Below are positions 29,848 to 39,712 of a stretch of DNA of 64,000 bases, piece by piece. Each line of letters opens with the position of its first letter. Positions within the stretch are counted from its first letter, which is position 1. The notes under the pieces are model-generated. The model had not been told where the DNA came from. It did not search any database and saw nothing but the letters and a program-made list of their open reading frames with translations. Location: positions 32,001-96,000 of the IMG/VR virus record IMGVR_UViG_3300029448_007456; one strand, written 5' to 3'. The position numbers and the translations under genes were made by a program. The stretch comes from a virus.

Positions 29848-30037
29848 GAATTTGAAAGACCTAATAGTGGTAGCATTAGTGGTAGGCGTATTAACTTTGT
29901 TGGGCGTGATCATCATTGGTGACTATTACGTGGCACTACAAGAAAATAGACCAGTTGACGAGTCAGTGATCACACTGATGAAAATGGCTCTCACAGGACT
30001 AATTGGCATCATAGCAGGCTACATAGGATCGAAATGA
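29816..30037 (+). CDS. Two-TM small membrane protein
   Basis: Two hydrophobic helices. Confidence 0.5.
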   Translation: MKARRMQDVIKNLKDLIVVALVVGVLTLLGVIIIGDYYVALQENRPVDESVITLMKMALTGLIGIIAGYIGSK

Positions 30038-30177
30038 AAATAGTGCATGTAAAAGAAGAACAGTTATACTGTGATGGTGAAGATCACGATCATCCTAGAG
30101 TGTATTACAACCTAGCCAAAAAAGGTGAGGCCATCTGTGGATACTGTAATATAAAGTATGTGTTGGATAAAAAATGA
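30034..30177 (+). CDS. zf-CHCC zinc-finger protein (47 aa, not in track)
   Basis: LYCDG...HPRVYYNL.....CGYC. Confidence 0.75.
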   Translation: MKIVHVKEEQLYCDGEDHDHPRVYYNLAKKGEAICGYCNIKYVLDKK

Positions 30178-30449
30178 GTGGACCAATAGTAGAAGCAATC
30201 AATCAATATGGATTTCCAATCATTGCCGCAATGGGTCTTGGATACTTTGTGTTTTACATTTGGCAGTGGGTGACCACTGAGATAAAACCTGTGCTAGGTG
30301 CGGCCAACACCACATTAATTGCACTCATAGACAGAATTAGAATGTTGGACAATGATCTAATCAGACTCAACACCAAACTTAAAATGATCGAAGAACTGCA
30401 AAACAAATCCAACAAAGAGATTGCTGACAAAGTAAAAAATAAAAAGTGA
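30174..30449 (+). CDS. Small membrane protein (paralog of 29569-29847)
   Basis: YGFPIIAAMGLGYFVF...LIDRIRMLDNDL. Confidence 0.6.
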   Translation: MSGPIVEAINQYGFPIIAAMGLGYFVFYIWQWVTTEIKPVLGAANTTLIALIDRIRMLDNDLIRLNTKLKMIEELQNKSNKEIADKVKNKK

Positions 30450-32485
30450 CCAAACTTCTAACACATTGGCTAACTGTTTTGATAACCCTTGCTGTGTTAG
30501 TAGGGTTGAGATTTCAAGATGGTGGACTTACTGAAACTGCTAGACTAAAATCCTTTGACTATCTTCAGTCAACAGATGCTAAGGAGATGTCACAAGACAT
30601 TGTCATTGTTGAATTTGACGAAAAGGCAATAGAAGGCTTTGGACAATGGCCATGGCCAAGGGATTATCTTGCTGATGTGATCAATCATTTGCGGAGTCAA
30701 GGTGCTGGGTTAATTGTGATGCCCATACTGTTTTCAGAAGAAGACAGAGCAGGCATGGACGATGTGCTTGCACAAACACTGCAAGGCAATGGAGTCATCA
30801 TTGCACAAACAGGAACCACACAAACAAATAAAAATGCAGTGCCAAGAGGCATTGCCAAAATAGGTGATCCAATACCATATCTTTTTCAATGGCCAGGCAT
30901 GTTGGGTCCTATACCTAAATTAGGTCAATCAGCAGATGGTGTTGGTGTATTAAACATTGCTCCTGAAAGAGATGGAGTTGTAAGACGTATGCCACTCATC
31001 ATGACAGTGTCAGGAGAAACATATCCTGCATTAGCCATTGAAACAATTCGTGTGGCCACACAGGCACCATCCTATCAAGTCAAAGCAGGCCCAACAGGAG
31101 TGCAGGCAGTGAGGGTGCCAGGTTATAATGTTATCACAACTGATGCCAATGCTAGAATTTGGTTACGTTGGAACAAACAGTTTCCTTCTGTTAGTATCAT
31201 GGAAGCCACACAAGAGCATGTGCAAGGCAAAATTGTTGTGATTGGACTCACAGCAGAAGGCATTGGATCCACCATTGCCGCACCCACAGGCACAGAATAT
31301 GCCCACACACCAGTGGCTGTATCCTTGCAAACTATCATTAATGGTGACAACATTGTTAGATCCGATCTAGCAGACACATACGAACTTGCATATCTGTTTG
31401 TGATTGGACTGTTATTGATCATTGCCGCAAGATTCTTTCACTATGGTGTGGTGGCAGGACTTATTGTATTAATTGGTGTGGGCACAGTGTATGGTTCTGT
31501 TCACATATATTCAACAAGACTGTTGCTGTTTGATTTTTCATGGCCTGTAATCACAACTGTGTTAGTAGGACTTCATGCTGTGTTCAATCGTTTTGTTTCT
31601 GAATACATGCAGAAGCAAGCCATAAAAAAACAGTTTGGTGGTTATGCATCGCCCACAGTGGTTAAGATGCTACAGGAAAATCCAGCACTTATCAAAGAAG
31701 GTGTTAAAAAAGAAGTGTCAATATGTTTTTCAGATCTACGTGGTTTTACACCACTTGGTGAATCGTTCGGCGATGATGTGAAAGGTTTGACTCAAGTGAT
31801 GAATGGATACATGGACGCCATAACCAAACCAGTGCTTGATGCAGATGGCATGATTATCAAGTATATTGGAGATGCAAGTATGCACATCCACAACGCACCA
31901 ATTGATGATGCTGATCATCCACGCACTGCTGTGCAAACTGGTTTGAATATGTTGAAAGCAGTTGAACAATTTAACAACAAGATCACAGCAGAAGGTAGAC
32001 CACCTGTTGGTATGGGTGCTGGTATTAACACAGGCCTTGGTTATATTGGTGAAATGGGATCAACTGAAAGACATTCATATGATGTGTTAGGCGATGCTGT
32101 GTCCACAACTGCAAGATTAGAATCACAGTGCAAGTCATATGGGGTGTTATTGATCATTGGGCCTGAAACTGTAGCAAGGACAAAAAACGATTTCTTCTAT
32201 TTGAAACTAGACGATCTTGCTGTGAAAGGTAAAACAGTTGGACTAGATATCTACACGGTGTTGGACAAGTCATATACACAAGCCAAAGCAACGCATGATG
32301 AAATGCATGAACTGTATGGCAAACAAAAATTCAAAGATGCTATTAGATTATGCAACAGACTCAAAGGAGAGTTTGATTCACAGATGGACAAATATTATGA
32401 CATGTGGATTGAACGTTGCGAATACATGACCACACAAAAATTACCAAAAGATTGGAATGGAGTGTTTGTGGCCACAACCAAGTAG
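30446..32485 (+). CDS. CHASE2-domain class III adenylate cyclase
   Basis: IVIV..DE...GQWPWPR, DGVVRR.PL, 3 TM helices, FSDLRGFT, KYIGD, GD.V...ARLES, W.GV..AT.K tail. Confidence 0.92.
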   Translation: MTKLLTHWLTVLITLAVLVGLRFQDGGLTETARLKSFDYLQSTDAKEMSQDIVIVEFDEKAIEGFGQWPWPRDYLADVINHLRSQGAGLIVMPILFSEEDRAGMDDVLAQTLQGNGVIIAQTGTTQTNKNAVPRGIAKIGDPIPYLFQWPGMLGPIPKLGQSADGVGVLNIAPERDGVVRRMPLIMTVSGETYPALAIETIRVATQAPSYQVKAGPTGVQAVRVPGYNVITTDANARIWLRWNKQFPSVSIMEATQEHVQGKIVVIGLTAEGIGSTIAAPTGTEYAHTPVAVSLQTIINGDNIVRSDLADTYELAYLFVIGLLLIIAARFFHYGVVAGLIVLIGVGTVYGSVHIYSTRLLLFDFSWPVITTVLVGLHAVFNRFVSEYMQKQAIKKQFGGYASPTVVKMLQENPALIKEGVKKEVSICFSDLRGFTPLGESFGDDVKGLTQVMNGYMDAITKPVLDADGMIIKYIGDASMHIHNAPIDDADHPRTAVQTGLNMLKAVEQFNNKITAEGRPPVGMGAGINTGLGYIGEMGSTERHSYDVLGDAVSTTARLESQCKSYGVLLIIGPETVARTKNDFFYLKLDDLAVKGKTVGLDIYTVLDKSYTQAKATHDEMHELYGKQKFKDAIRLCNRLKGEFDSQMDKYYDMWIERCEYMTTQKLPKDWNGVFVATTK

Positions 32486-32488
32486 CCA

Positions 32489-32521
32489 TAAAAAAAGGGC
32501 GATGCCGAAACACCGCCCTTG
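32489..32521. terminator. Terminator between convergent genes
   Basis: A-tract plus AAGGGCG...CGCCCTT hairpin. Confidence 0.65.
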
Positions 32522-32534
32522 AAAGCAAATTATA

Positions 32535-32852
32535 TTAAGCTACTGCTTGATTGATAATTGTTTTACCAGCAGATGCTAATAATCCAATTGTTGCAGATCT
32601 TAATGACTTAGCACCTGCTAAATCACTCTTTGCTAATACTCTTACGTTGAAGTCATAACCTCTGTTAATGAGTTGTGTTGTAGGAGTTTTTCTTGTCATT
32701 GCAAGGTTCTTGTGTTTAATAACACCACCGTTGATGTTACCATTCTTGTCCATTGCAGTTTTAGCTTCGTCGATGAAAACACCAACTTTTGAGTTTACGT
32801 TACCTTTTGTAAACTCTCTTGTGTATACCACGTATTGCTTAGTTCTTGCCAT
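32535..32852 (-). CDS. Basic hypothetical protein
   Basis: ORF with its own TTGACT-N17-TATTAT promoter and terminator. Confidence 0.6.
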   Translation of the reverse strand: MARTKQYVVYTREFTKGNVNSKVGVFIDEAKTAMDKNGNINGGVIKHKNLAMTRKTPTTQLINRGYDFNVRVLAKSDLAGAKSLRSATIGLLASAGKTIINQAVA

Positions 32853-32929
32853 TTGTATTTGTTACCTTTCAAATGTAAGTTAATAGTTAATATTATAATA
32901 CACTCAGACTGTGTATAAGTCAACCCCTG

Positions 32930-34069
32930 CTAGAATCCAAGCATATCAACAAGTTCTGGAAACACATCTTCAAACTTTTCATTTCTGTATGCATCTTGTT
33001 TTTTGGTAATCTTGCGGAATTTTGGCAACAGATGGCTGTTGTTGTCTGATAACCATCGGCTGACATTTCTCACATCTTGCCATTCACTCTTTTCTAGTTG
33101 TTGTTGCAGTTTCTGTCTGGGTGTGGTTGGTATTACACTACATTGGTAAAAGTCAGGATTGTGTAATCTACCTAACCATGGTTTTGGTAATTTATTTGTG
33201 TGATAGTAGTCAAATATTTCTTCAAGATATCTGATGGTAAAGATAGACACCACACAGGCAATGCTCAATTGGAAATTGGGTGCGACCAGGGCGTTGTATC
33301 TTAACAAGTTTTCTTCAACCACTGACCAGTCAGCGCCTTTTCGATTGTACTCGAATCTCTTACCAATATCATCTATGCTGGGTTGTACATCAATGTGTTT
33401 AAATTTTTTCCATATTGATCTCACAGATTCACTTGGAAATGTTGTGGCATTCGTGGAATAATGTATTCTCACTTGATCAGCACCCGTGCTCACAAGTGAT
33501 TCCAGAAACTGCATGTGGATGTCATTGTCCAACAAGAATGGCTCACCTCCGTGTATGTGTATTTCTAACATATCTTTAGAATGATTCACAAGATCTTTCC
33601 AAATCTCTGGATTATTTGCCCAATCACTCTTTGCAAATTCTTTCCCGTATAAATCTTTCCACTCTTTAATCCATTTGCTTGAATTTACAGGTGAACATAT
33701 TCTGCACTTGAGATTACATAAATTTCCAATTGGTATAGACAGTAGGTTTAGTTTTTGTGAATCCAGATCATATCTTTCAAATTCTGCTTGCCATCTTTCA
33801 TTGTGCAATTGTCTTTGACTTGGATAACCAGCATCTTCATCTTTCCAACACAACACACAACCTTTTGGTTTTTGTTTTAGTTGAAATTTCATCTGTAAAT
33901 TTTTAATGTAATGGCTGTTCTGAAATCTTTCAATGGCATTTGGTTCTTTGATGTTGATGGCTTTAGCCAGGGGATCTAGTTCTGGACGATATTTGCAACA
34001 GGGTCGCAGATTGCCATCGTGGTTCACAAACAATCCGTTCCAGGGTTGATAGCAGAAAGAATCTTTCAT
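32930..34069 (-). CDS. Twitch/SPASM-type radical SAM protein
   Basis: N-terminal C..PW...G..RPCC, C..CW..E; GNLCNLKCRIC; GGEPF; YSTNAT. Confidence 0.85.
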   Translation of the reverse strand: MKDSFCYQPWNGLFVNHDGNLRPCCKYRPELDPLAKAINIKEPNAIERFQNSHYIKNLQMKFQLKQKPKGCVLCWKDEDAGYPSQRQLHNERWQAEFERYDLDSQKLNLLSIPIGNLCNLKCRICSPVNSSKWIKEWKDLYGKEFAKSDWANNPEIWKDLVNHSKDMLEIHIHGGEPFLLDNDIHMQFLESLVSTGADQVRIHYSTNATTFPSESVRSIWKKFKHIDVQPSIDDIGKRFEYNRKGADWSVVEENLLRYNALVAPNFQLSIACVVSIFTIRYLEEIFDYYHTNKLPKPWLGRLHNPDFYQCSVIPTTPRQKLQQQLEKSEWQDVRNVSRWLSDNNSHLLPKFRKITKKQDAYRNEKFEDVFPELVDMLGF

Positions 34070-34082
34070 ACTATAATTTATT

Positions 34083-34388
34083 TTAACTGGCTTCTACTTT
34101 GACTTCTAGTGGGTAACCATGCTGAACAGCATCAACTTTGACTTCTGTGGCTTTTTGTTCTGCAATTTCAAATGAGTACAATGCTACCACACCTTTGCCA
34201 TCATTGTGAATGGTGGTGGTCATCTTATTGGCTTGTTCTTGATTGTATTGAAAGTGTTTGATCAAAGTATTGACTACAAAATCCATAGGAGTTTTTTCAT
34301 CATTTATATAAATTACAGCCCATTTGCTAGGCTCTTTTAGTGTTACTTTTACTTTCTCTTCTACTTGTATATCGCTTTGTGTCATCAT
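34083..34388 (-). CDS. clpS: Clp adaptor ClpS
   Basis: P..W.V...NDEKTPMDFVV..L...F; IH..GKG.V..Y.FEIAE.K; YPL. Confidence 0.9.
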   Translation of the reverse strand: MMTQSDIQVEEKVKVTLKEPSKWAVIYINDEKTPMDFVVNTLIKHFQYNQEQANKMTTTIHNDGKGVVALYSFEIAEQKATEVKVDAVQHGYPLEVKVEAS

Positions 34389-34430
34389 TGTATTTAAATT
34401 ATAAACTCTTTCAATTGTATGTCAATATAA

Positions 34431-34452
34431 AAGGGGGTGTTGCCACCCCCTC
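34431..34452 (-). terminator. Terminator after hsp20
   Basis: AGGGGGTG/CACCCCCT inverted repeat followed by a T-tract on the minus strand. Confidence 0.7.
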
Positions 34453-34457
34453 TATCA

Positions 34458-34913
34458 TTATTTGATGTTGATCAGTCTGGCTTTCTTCTCTTCTGGAATA
34501 ATTCTTTCCAATTCAACAGATAGTAGGCCATCCTTTAATTCAGCACCTTTGACCACTGTGTCATCAGCAATGGTAAATGTTCTTTCAAAGTGTCGCTTGG
34601 CGATCCCTCTGTGAATTACACTGCCATCGTCTGTCTCAACTTCCTGGTCTGTTTTATCTTTAGAGCGGATTAAAAGTGAGTTTTCTTTTACTTCAACTTC
34701 AATGTCGTCCTTAGCAAATCCAGCCAGTGCCAATTGTATTTGATATTGATGATCATTCTTTTTAATGATATCATATGCTGGGAATGAAGATGTTACAGCA
34801 GATGTTAAATTAAAGTCATCTGTGAAAAATCTGTCCCATTGATCAAATGCATTGTCAAAGCCAATTGAGTATGGTCTTAGTTTGTTAAAAAGTGATAGAG
34901 ATGTTCTTGTCAT
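34458..34913 (-). CDS. Small heat-shock protein (Hsp20, IbpA-like)
   Basis: IGFD, FPAYDI, LALAGF, HRGIAKR.FER.F, A.L.DGLL...LER.IPEEKK. Confidence 0.92.
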   Translation of the reverse strand: MTRTSLSLFNKLRPYSIGFDNAFDQWDRFFTDDFNLTSAVTSSFPAYDIIKKNDHQYQIQLALAGFAKDDIEVEVKENSLLIRSKDKTDQEVETDDGSVIHRGIAKRHFERTFTIADDTVVKGAELKDGLLSVELERIIPEEKKARLINIK

Positions 34914-34972
34914 TGTATGTTCCTCCTTATAAAGCAAGTTCTCTTAATGTAGAACCCTAAGCATTCTACAAC
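34914..34972 (-). promoter_or_regulatory. ROSE-like RNA thermometer in the hsp20 leader
   Basis: Hairpin TGTAGAA..TTCTACA, then CTTGCT-ttata-AGGAG (U(U/C)GCU opposite the SD). Confidence 0.5.
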
Positions 34973-35005
34973 TATATTTATAATATAGTGTGTGTTTGAA
35001 AAATG

Positions 35006-35680
35006 TCAACCAACTATTTGAAGAATTTTTTGTGTCAATGTCTGGTGGCATTCATGACTAGGATGTAATTGGTCAGGCATCAAGTGTTGTTGGTGTTTGG
35101 TAATTTCCATTCTTTTTTCACGTTGTGTAATTGCATCTATGACAAAGTGTTTGTCACTGTCTGTGAGTGATTCAGTGTTGAGCATTTCTAATGAAGCTGT
35201 GTCTATGCCAGATAGTTCACCCACAGGTCCTAATATGTCACTGAGCCAACTGCCAGTGCAAATTTGTATGTTGGAAATATGATCAAACGGATATAAATTT
35301 GCGTGCCCGCCTATCAGTAAGACATCGCATTTTTGTTGTTGTGTGATTTTTTTTAAATTGGTCAACCAACGTATAAACAACAGTCTGTGTAGTTCATACA
35401 GTGATTCACCTTCACGCACCAAATATTTCATATTTTGTCCACGTAGACTGTCAGTGGCAAACACAACTAATATTTGATCTTTTATTTTGTTTACAACTAT
35501 TTGATGCAGAATGTCATCAGGTGATGCTCCACCTTCAGCAAAATTTTGCACTGAGTGATTTGCACGGCTAAGATAGTGTTGTGTGCCAGTGTGAGCAACA
35601 TACAATGATTTGAGATTGCCTTGTTTTCTGTAACGCCATTCTCCACAACCAAAACTATCTCCAACTATGGAAATGTTCAA
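35006..35680 (-). CDS. SGNH/GDSL-like hydrolase
   Basis: IVGDSF, N.A.GG.S, C-terminal DQLHP. Confidence 0.65.
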   Translation of the reverse strand: MNISIVGDSFGCGEWRYRKQGNLKSLYVAHTGTQHYLSRANHSVQNFAEGGASPDDILHQIVVNKIKDQILVVFATDSLRGQNMKYLVREGESLYELHRLLFIRWLTNLKKITQQQKCDVLLIGGHANLYPFDHISNIQICTGSWLSDILGPVGELSGIDTASLEMLNTESLTDSDKHFVIDAITQREKRMEITKHQQHLMPDQLHPSHECHQTLTQKILQIVG

Positions 35681-35929
35681 TTAGAGTAATCCGTCTCGTT
35701 CCATATCTTTTCTCTTGTTTTTAAGAGCCTGTCGCTTGAGACGTTTAGCTGTTTCTCTTTTGACTATTGATGGTTTGACATAGTATCTACGTTCTTTTAC
35801 TTCTTCTAGTATGCGAGCATTGGCTAATTTCTTTTTCATTTTGCGCCATGCTTTCATTACATCATCACCTTTGGCATCAACAGATATATTCATCTGTTTG
35901 AATTCAGATCTTGGTTTGAATGGTTTCAT
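35681..35929 (-). CDS. rpsU: 30S ribosomal protein bS21
   Basis: V.KA.R.MKKK....I..E.K.RRYYVKPS..KR. Confidence 0.85.
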   Translation of the reverse strand: MKPFKPRSEFKQMNISVDAKGDDVMKAWRKMKKKLANARILEEVKERRYYVKPSIVKRETAKRLKRQALKNKRKDMERDGLL

Positions 35930-37110
35930 TATTTAAAATTATACTTGGGCAATGCACATTTGTCAACTGTGTCTTTGGTAATTTTGATTCCTAGTAATCC
36001 TTTGTTTTTCAATTGTTTGATATCATATATAGTTTGTTTGAGAGATCTATCAAAATAGTTTTTGATGCCTCTTGCTCCTATATCCGAGTTGTAACAATTA
36101 TTTGCAATAAGTTTACTGGCAGTTTTGTCTATGTCAAGTAATATGTCTTCTGTTTCAAATACTCTTTGGTATTGTAAGAATGGCGATATTTTAGAATCAT
36201 ATATGATGCTCAACAACTCGTCAGCAGTTAGTTTTTGCAATTCGATGATGTTGCCTATTCTACCTACAAACTCTGGAATAAGTCCATACTTGATCAAATG
36301 GTCAGTTGTTATAGTCTTTTGTGGAATAGATGAATTGCCTTGATGTATAAATCCAACACCAGCATCATGTGATCTAATGGTGTCAATGCCAACAAATGCG
36401 CCTGAACAAATGAACAGTATGTTGGATGTATCAACTTCAATGGATTCACCTTGTGGATGTTTTCTATTACGTTTCATTTGCACTTTTAACTTGGTTCCTT
36501 CAATTATTTTCAAAAGTGCTTGTTGCACGCCTTCTCCTGACACATCTCTTGTGATTGAAACATTTTCAGACTTTCGGGCAACCTTATCAATCTCATCTAA
36601 AAACACAATGCCACGTTGTGCTCTTTCAATATCTCCATCCGCTGACTCAACTAGGCTTGCAATAACAGTTTCAACATCATCACCAACGTAACCTGATTCA
36701 GTGAGTGTGGTTGCATCTGCGATGTAGAAAGGCACATCTAAATATTTTGCCACTGTTTTAGCAATTAATGTTTTGCCTGAACCAGTAGGGCCTATCAAAC
36801 AAACATTTGATTTTTCAAGTATGTCTGGATTGGCCAACCTTTTGTAATGTAGATATACACTCACAGCAATCTGCTGTTTTGCATCTTCTTGGCCTACAAC
36901 ATTTACATTCAAGTATTCAGTGATTGTGTGAGGATCAATGTCTGTAACATCGTATTCTTTTTTCCCTGCATTGTCATGTAGTATATTGCCACATTTTTCA
37001 ACACATTCGTCGCATATTGAAGATTGATCAGATGCAATTAGTTTGTTTACTTCTGATTTGTCTTTTCCACAAAAAGAACATTTTTCTGTATAAGTTTTTT
37101 TACTTGGCAT
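35929..37110 (-). CDS. clpX: ClpX AAA+ unfoldase
   Basis: CSFCGK..V.KLI...ICDEC zinc domain; GPTGSGKT; GYVGDDVE; [17 protein letters not shown]; RKHP. Confidence 0.96.
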   Translation of the reverse strand: MPSKKTYTEKCSFCGKDKSEVNKLIASDQSSICDECVEKCGNILHDNAGKKEYDVTDIDPHTITEYLNVNVVGQEDAKQQIAVSVYLHYKRLANPDILEKSNVCLIGPTGSGKTLIAKTVAKYLDVPFYIADATTLTESGYVGDDVETVIASLVESADGDIERAQRGIVFLDEIDKVARKSENVSITRDVSGEGVQQALLKIIEGTKLKVQMKRNRKHPQGESIEVDTSNILFICSGAFVGIDTIRSHDAGVGFIHQGNSSIPQKTITTDHLIKYGLIPEFVGRIGNIIELQKLTADELLSIIYDSKISPFLQYQRVFETEDILLDIDKTASKLIANNCYNSDIGARGIKNYFDRSLKQTIYDIKQLKNKGLLGIKITKDTVDKCALPKYNFK

Positions 37111-37339
37111 TCTGAATTATGTATTCAATTGACGATTGTGAACAATCAAATATTATTTTACTTTGTTTACTTACTTTTTGCAACCATTTATCTGTTGAAT
37201 CTTGTTCGATAAGATAAAATGCAATTGTATTTTCACACTGTGTTAAAATTTTTTTGATGTGTGCATTTGTATAATTTTTTAAGCCGTAGGTTGCACCTTG
37301 AATTGTATCAGGTTGTGAGACAAAAATTATTTTATTCAT
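37100..37339 (-). CDS. Hypothetical protein
   Basis: ORF in operon. Confidence 0.45.
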   Translation of the reverse strand: MNKIIFVSQPDTIQGATYGLKNYTNAHIKKILTQCENTIAFYLIEQDSTDKWLQKVSKQSKIIFDCSQSSIEYIIQNAK

Positions 37340-37781
37340 TGATCAATTTTTGAACAATTTCAGCTTCGGCATGAGTTAATGTTTGCAAGTCTAGTTTGCC
37401 TGCTCTGACTTCTTCAACTAGTCTTTGATATCTTTGTTCTATTTTTTGCTCAGCAGTTAAGTCATCAATTGATTTTTTTGATATATTTTTTGGCCTACCC
37501 CAATAATCAATGTTTGGTGATTTAAGTTGGGCAATTTGGGATTCAAGATCTGATATCTTATTTTCGTAAAACGCTTTTTGTTCAGGTGTAAGTTCTTTCA
37601 CCACTTCCACTTCAACAATTTTGGGCACCTCAACAAACTCAGTCACAGGCACTTCTACTATCTGTTCAACTGTTTTTGGACGTTGTTCCAGTCGTTCTAG
37701 TGCGTCTGCCAACTGTTCAAGTGTGTGTTGGTACTTCTTCCAAAGTGCATCAATGCCTATTTTATTCTTCTGATTCTGCAT
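37332..37781 (-). CDS. Coiled-coil protein with VEV repeats
   Basis: N-terminus paralogous to 37762-37992. Confidence 0.55.
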   Translation of the reverse strand: MQNQKNKIGIDALWKKYQHTLEQLADALERLEQRPKTVEQIVEVPVTEFVEVPKIVEVEVVKELTPEQKAFYENKISDLESQIAQLKSPNIDYWGRPKNISKKSIDDLTAEQKIEQRYQRLVEEVRAGKLDLQTLTHAEAEIVQKLINE

Positions 37782-37992
37782 TGGCAGCTACTTTTTGTTC
37801 TACCTTACGTTCTAGTTCTGCAATAGCATCTGGAGTAGCAAGATCAATATCTGCTTCTACTTCTACTATCTTTTCAACTTCGACTTCTTTTGGTTTTTCA
37901 GCAAGTTGATCTAATGCATCATCTAACAGTTGTAATGTCTTTTGATATTTTGCATACAGTTCATCTATTTGCTTTTGTTTGTCATCAGCCAT
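37762..37992 (-). CDS. Coiled-coil protein with VEV repeats
   Basis: ID.L..KYQ.TL..L.DAL..L..PK.VE shared with the downstream gene. Confidence 0.55.
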   Translation of the reverse strand: MADDKQKQIDELYAKYQKTLQLLDDALDQLAEKPKEVEVEKIVEVEADIDLATPDAIAELERKVEQKVAANAESEE

Positions 37993-37993
37993 T

Positions 37994-39409
37994 TTATTCT
38001 CCTTTTACTTTGTTGTAAACCTGTCGTTCTAATCTAGTGATATGATTGGGTTGATTTAGATTAAGTTTTTTGTAATCTTTTTCTGTCATTGCATCAAGAT
38101 CACCTTTGCCTTCAAATGACCATCCATATCTAGCCTTAAGACTCATGTTCACTGCAATCAACAGCAACACAGCCAAAGGATCAAACACAAACATGATAGT
38201 AATGATTAACCATGTCACAGCACGTTCTAGATCAACTTCGCCATCAGCATCAAAAAACTGTGCAATATATTTGATTGGTCCAACTTCTGCTTCTAGATCT
38301 CTGATCTTTGATTCTGCCACAAACTTATCTGAGTTTAGTCCATCTATTTTATCATACGCACTGTTGATTTGTATTTCATATTGTGCAATTTGGTCGTCTG
38401 CATTCTCTCCTGCTGTAATCGCCGCAGTATTAATCTCATTTATTCTTTGCTTGGCAAGTGCTACTTCGTCAGCAACAGAGGCTTGTAAGGTGCTTATTTC
38501 AGCATTAAAACCGTCAATTTTCGCCCTTAATTGGTTTATTTGGCTGTCTGCTGATGCTTGTATGTCTGTGATTTTGGTTTCAGTTTGGGAGTTTATTTGT
38601 GCAACATCGCCTGCAAGTTTCTTCTGTGTTTGATTGATTTTGACATCAATGGTGTTGCGTTCTGACTTTTGTGTTTCTTTGAGTTCAGCTGCCGCTTTTT
38701 CTTCATTGAAAAATGATTTGTTGGAGTTTAACACATCACTCACTGCTTGATCTAGTTTGTTTAGTTTGTCCTGTTCTGCTACAACAATGCTGTCTGCATC
38801 TTTCCTTAGTTGTGCAATTGAATCTTTAGCATCTATTCTTGCAATATCAATTTTTTTATCTGCATCAGTTTGTATGTCATCTATCTGTTTTTGCACATTG
38901 TCTATTTTCTTTTGTATCAGAGTAACTTCGCCTGCAATCTTCTCGTCTGCATTATCTATGATCTTTTGTTCTCTATCAATTTGATCATCCACGTTGGCTG
39001 TGGCTCCACCACCTTGCAGTCTATCAATCTTGCTTGTAAGATTAGTAATGGTGCTTTCCTGTCTTAGGATCTGTTCATTAATCCTGTCAATCTTTGCCAC
39101 AGTTTCTGCCGCTGGCGTTGACTGTTCAACATGTGCTTTACTTAAAAAGCCAAATATTCCTAAGGATGTAATGATCATTAAAATGCCCACTGCTGTGGTC
39201 AAATAAGTTTTAAGTAGGAAAGGAATGTTGTTCCAGTTTTGATATAGCCACGATGCTGTGACCAATTTGGCCACTTCCAACACACCACCCATGATGTAAA
39301 TTGGCACTTTGGCTGCCGCAAATATGGCTCCTAGTCCTATCACAGAATAGAAAATTGCAACGCCAGATATGGTCAAGGCACAAATCAATGCAAGTATTAT
39401 CAAGAACAT
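37994..39409 (-). CDS. Membrane-anchored long coiled-coil protein
   Basis: 3 N-terminal TM helices, LE.AKLV, GIFGFLSKAH, long coiled coil, EVGPIKYIA, FVFDPLAV. Confidence 0.7.
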   Translation of the reverse strand: MFLIILALICALTISGVAIFYSVIGLGAIFAAAKVPIYIMGGVLEVAKLVTASWLYQNWNNIPFLLKTYLTTAVGILMIITSLGIFGFLSKAHVEQSTPAAETVAKIDRINEQILRQESTITNLTSKIDRLQGGGATANVDDQIDREQKIIDNADEKIAGEVTLIQKKIDNVQKQIDDIQTDADKKIDIARIDAKDSIAQLRKDADSIVVAEQDKLNKLDQAVSDVLNSNKSFFNEEKAAAELKETQKSERNTIDVKINQTQKKLAGDVAQINSQTETKITDIQASADSQINQLRAKIDGFNAEISTLQASVADEVALAKQRINEINTAAITAGENADDQIAQYEIQINSAYDKIDGLNSDKFVAESKIRDLEAEVGPIKYIAQFFDADGEVDLERAVTWLIITIMFVFDPLAVLLLIAVNMSLKARYGWSFEGKGDLDAMTEKDYKKLNLNQPNHITRLERQVYNKVKGE

Positions 39410-39419
39410 AGTTTATTAT

Positions 39420-39668
39420 TTAATCTTCATCATCTACACACAATTGCCAAAGTGTTTTATACTTGTCCCATGCTTCTTGTAATGCAGGATGTTTTTTCCT
39501 TATTTGCACTGCTTCCCAGCCACACATTTTTTCATCGTCTTGTGCTTTCAACACACTTAACGCATAGTCATCTTCTGATATCTTTACTTTTTTATCAGAG
39601 CCAAACTTGTGTTGATAAACTGTGTGTCCTCCATCAGGAGAAGTATAGATGTATTTAGGTGAACCCAT
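39420..39668 (-). CDS. Hypothetical protein
   Basis: YIYTSPDGG.TVY motif. Confidence 0.55.
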   Translation of the reverse strand: MGSPKYIYTSPDGGHTVYQHKFGSDKKVKISEDDYALSVLKAQDDEKMCGWEAVQIRKKHPALQEAWDKYKTLWQLCVDDED

Positions 39669-39712
39669 ATAAATGTTTATGTGATAACGTTCTGCTAAAA
39701 GATTAATATGAA

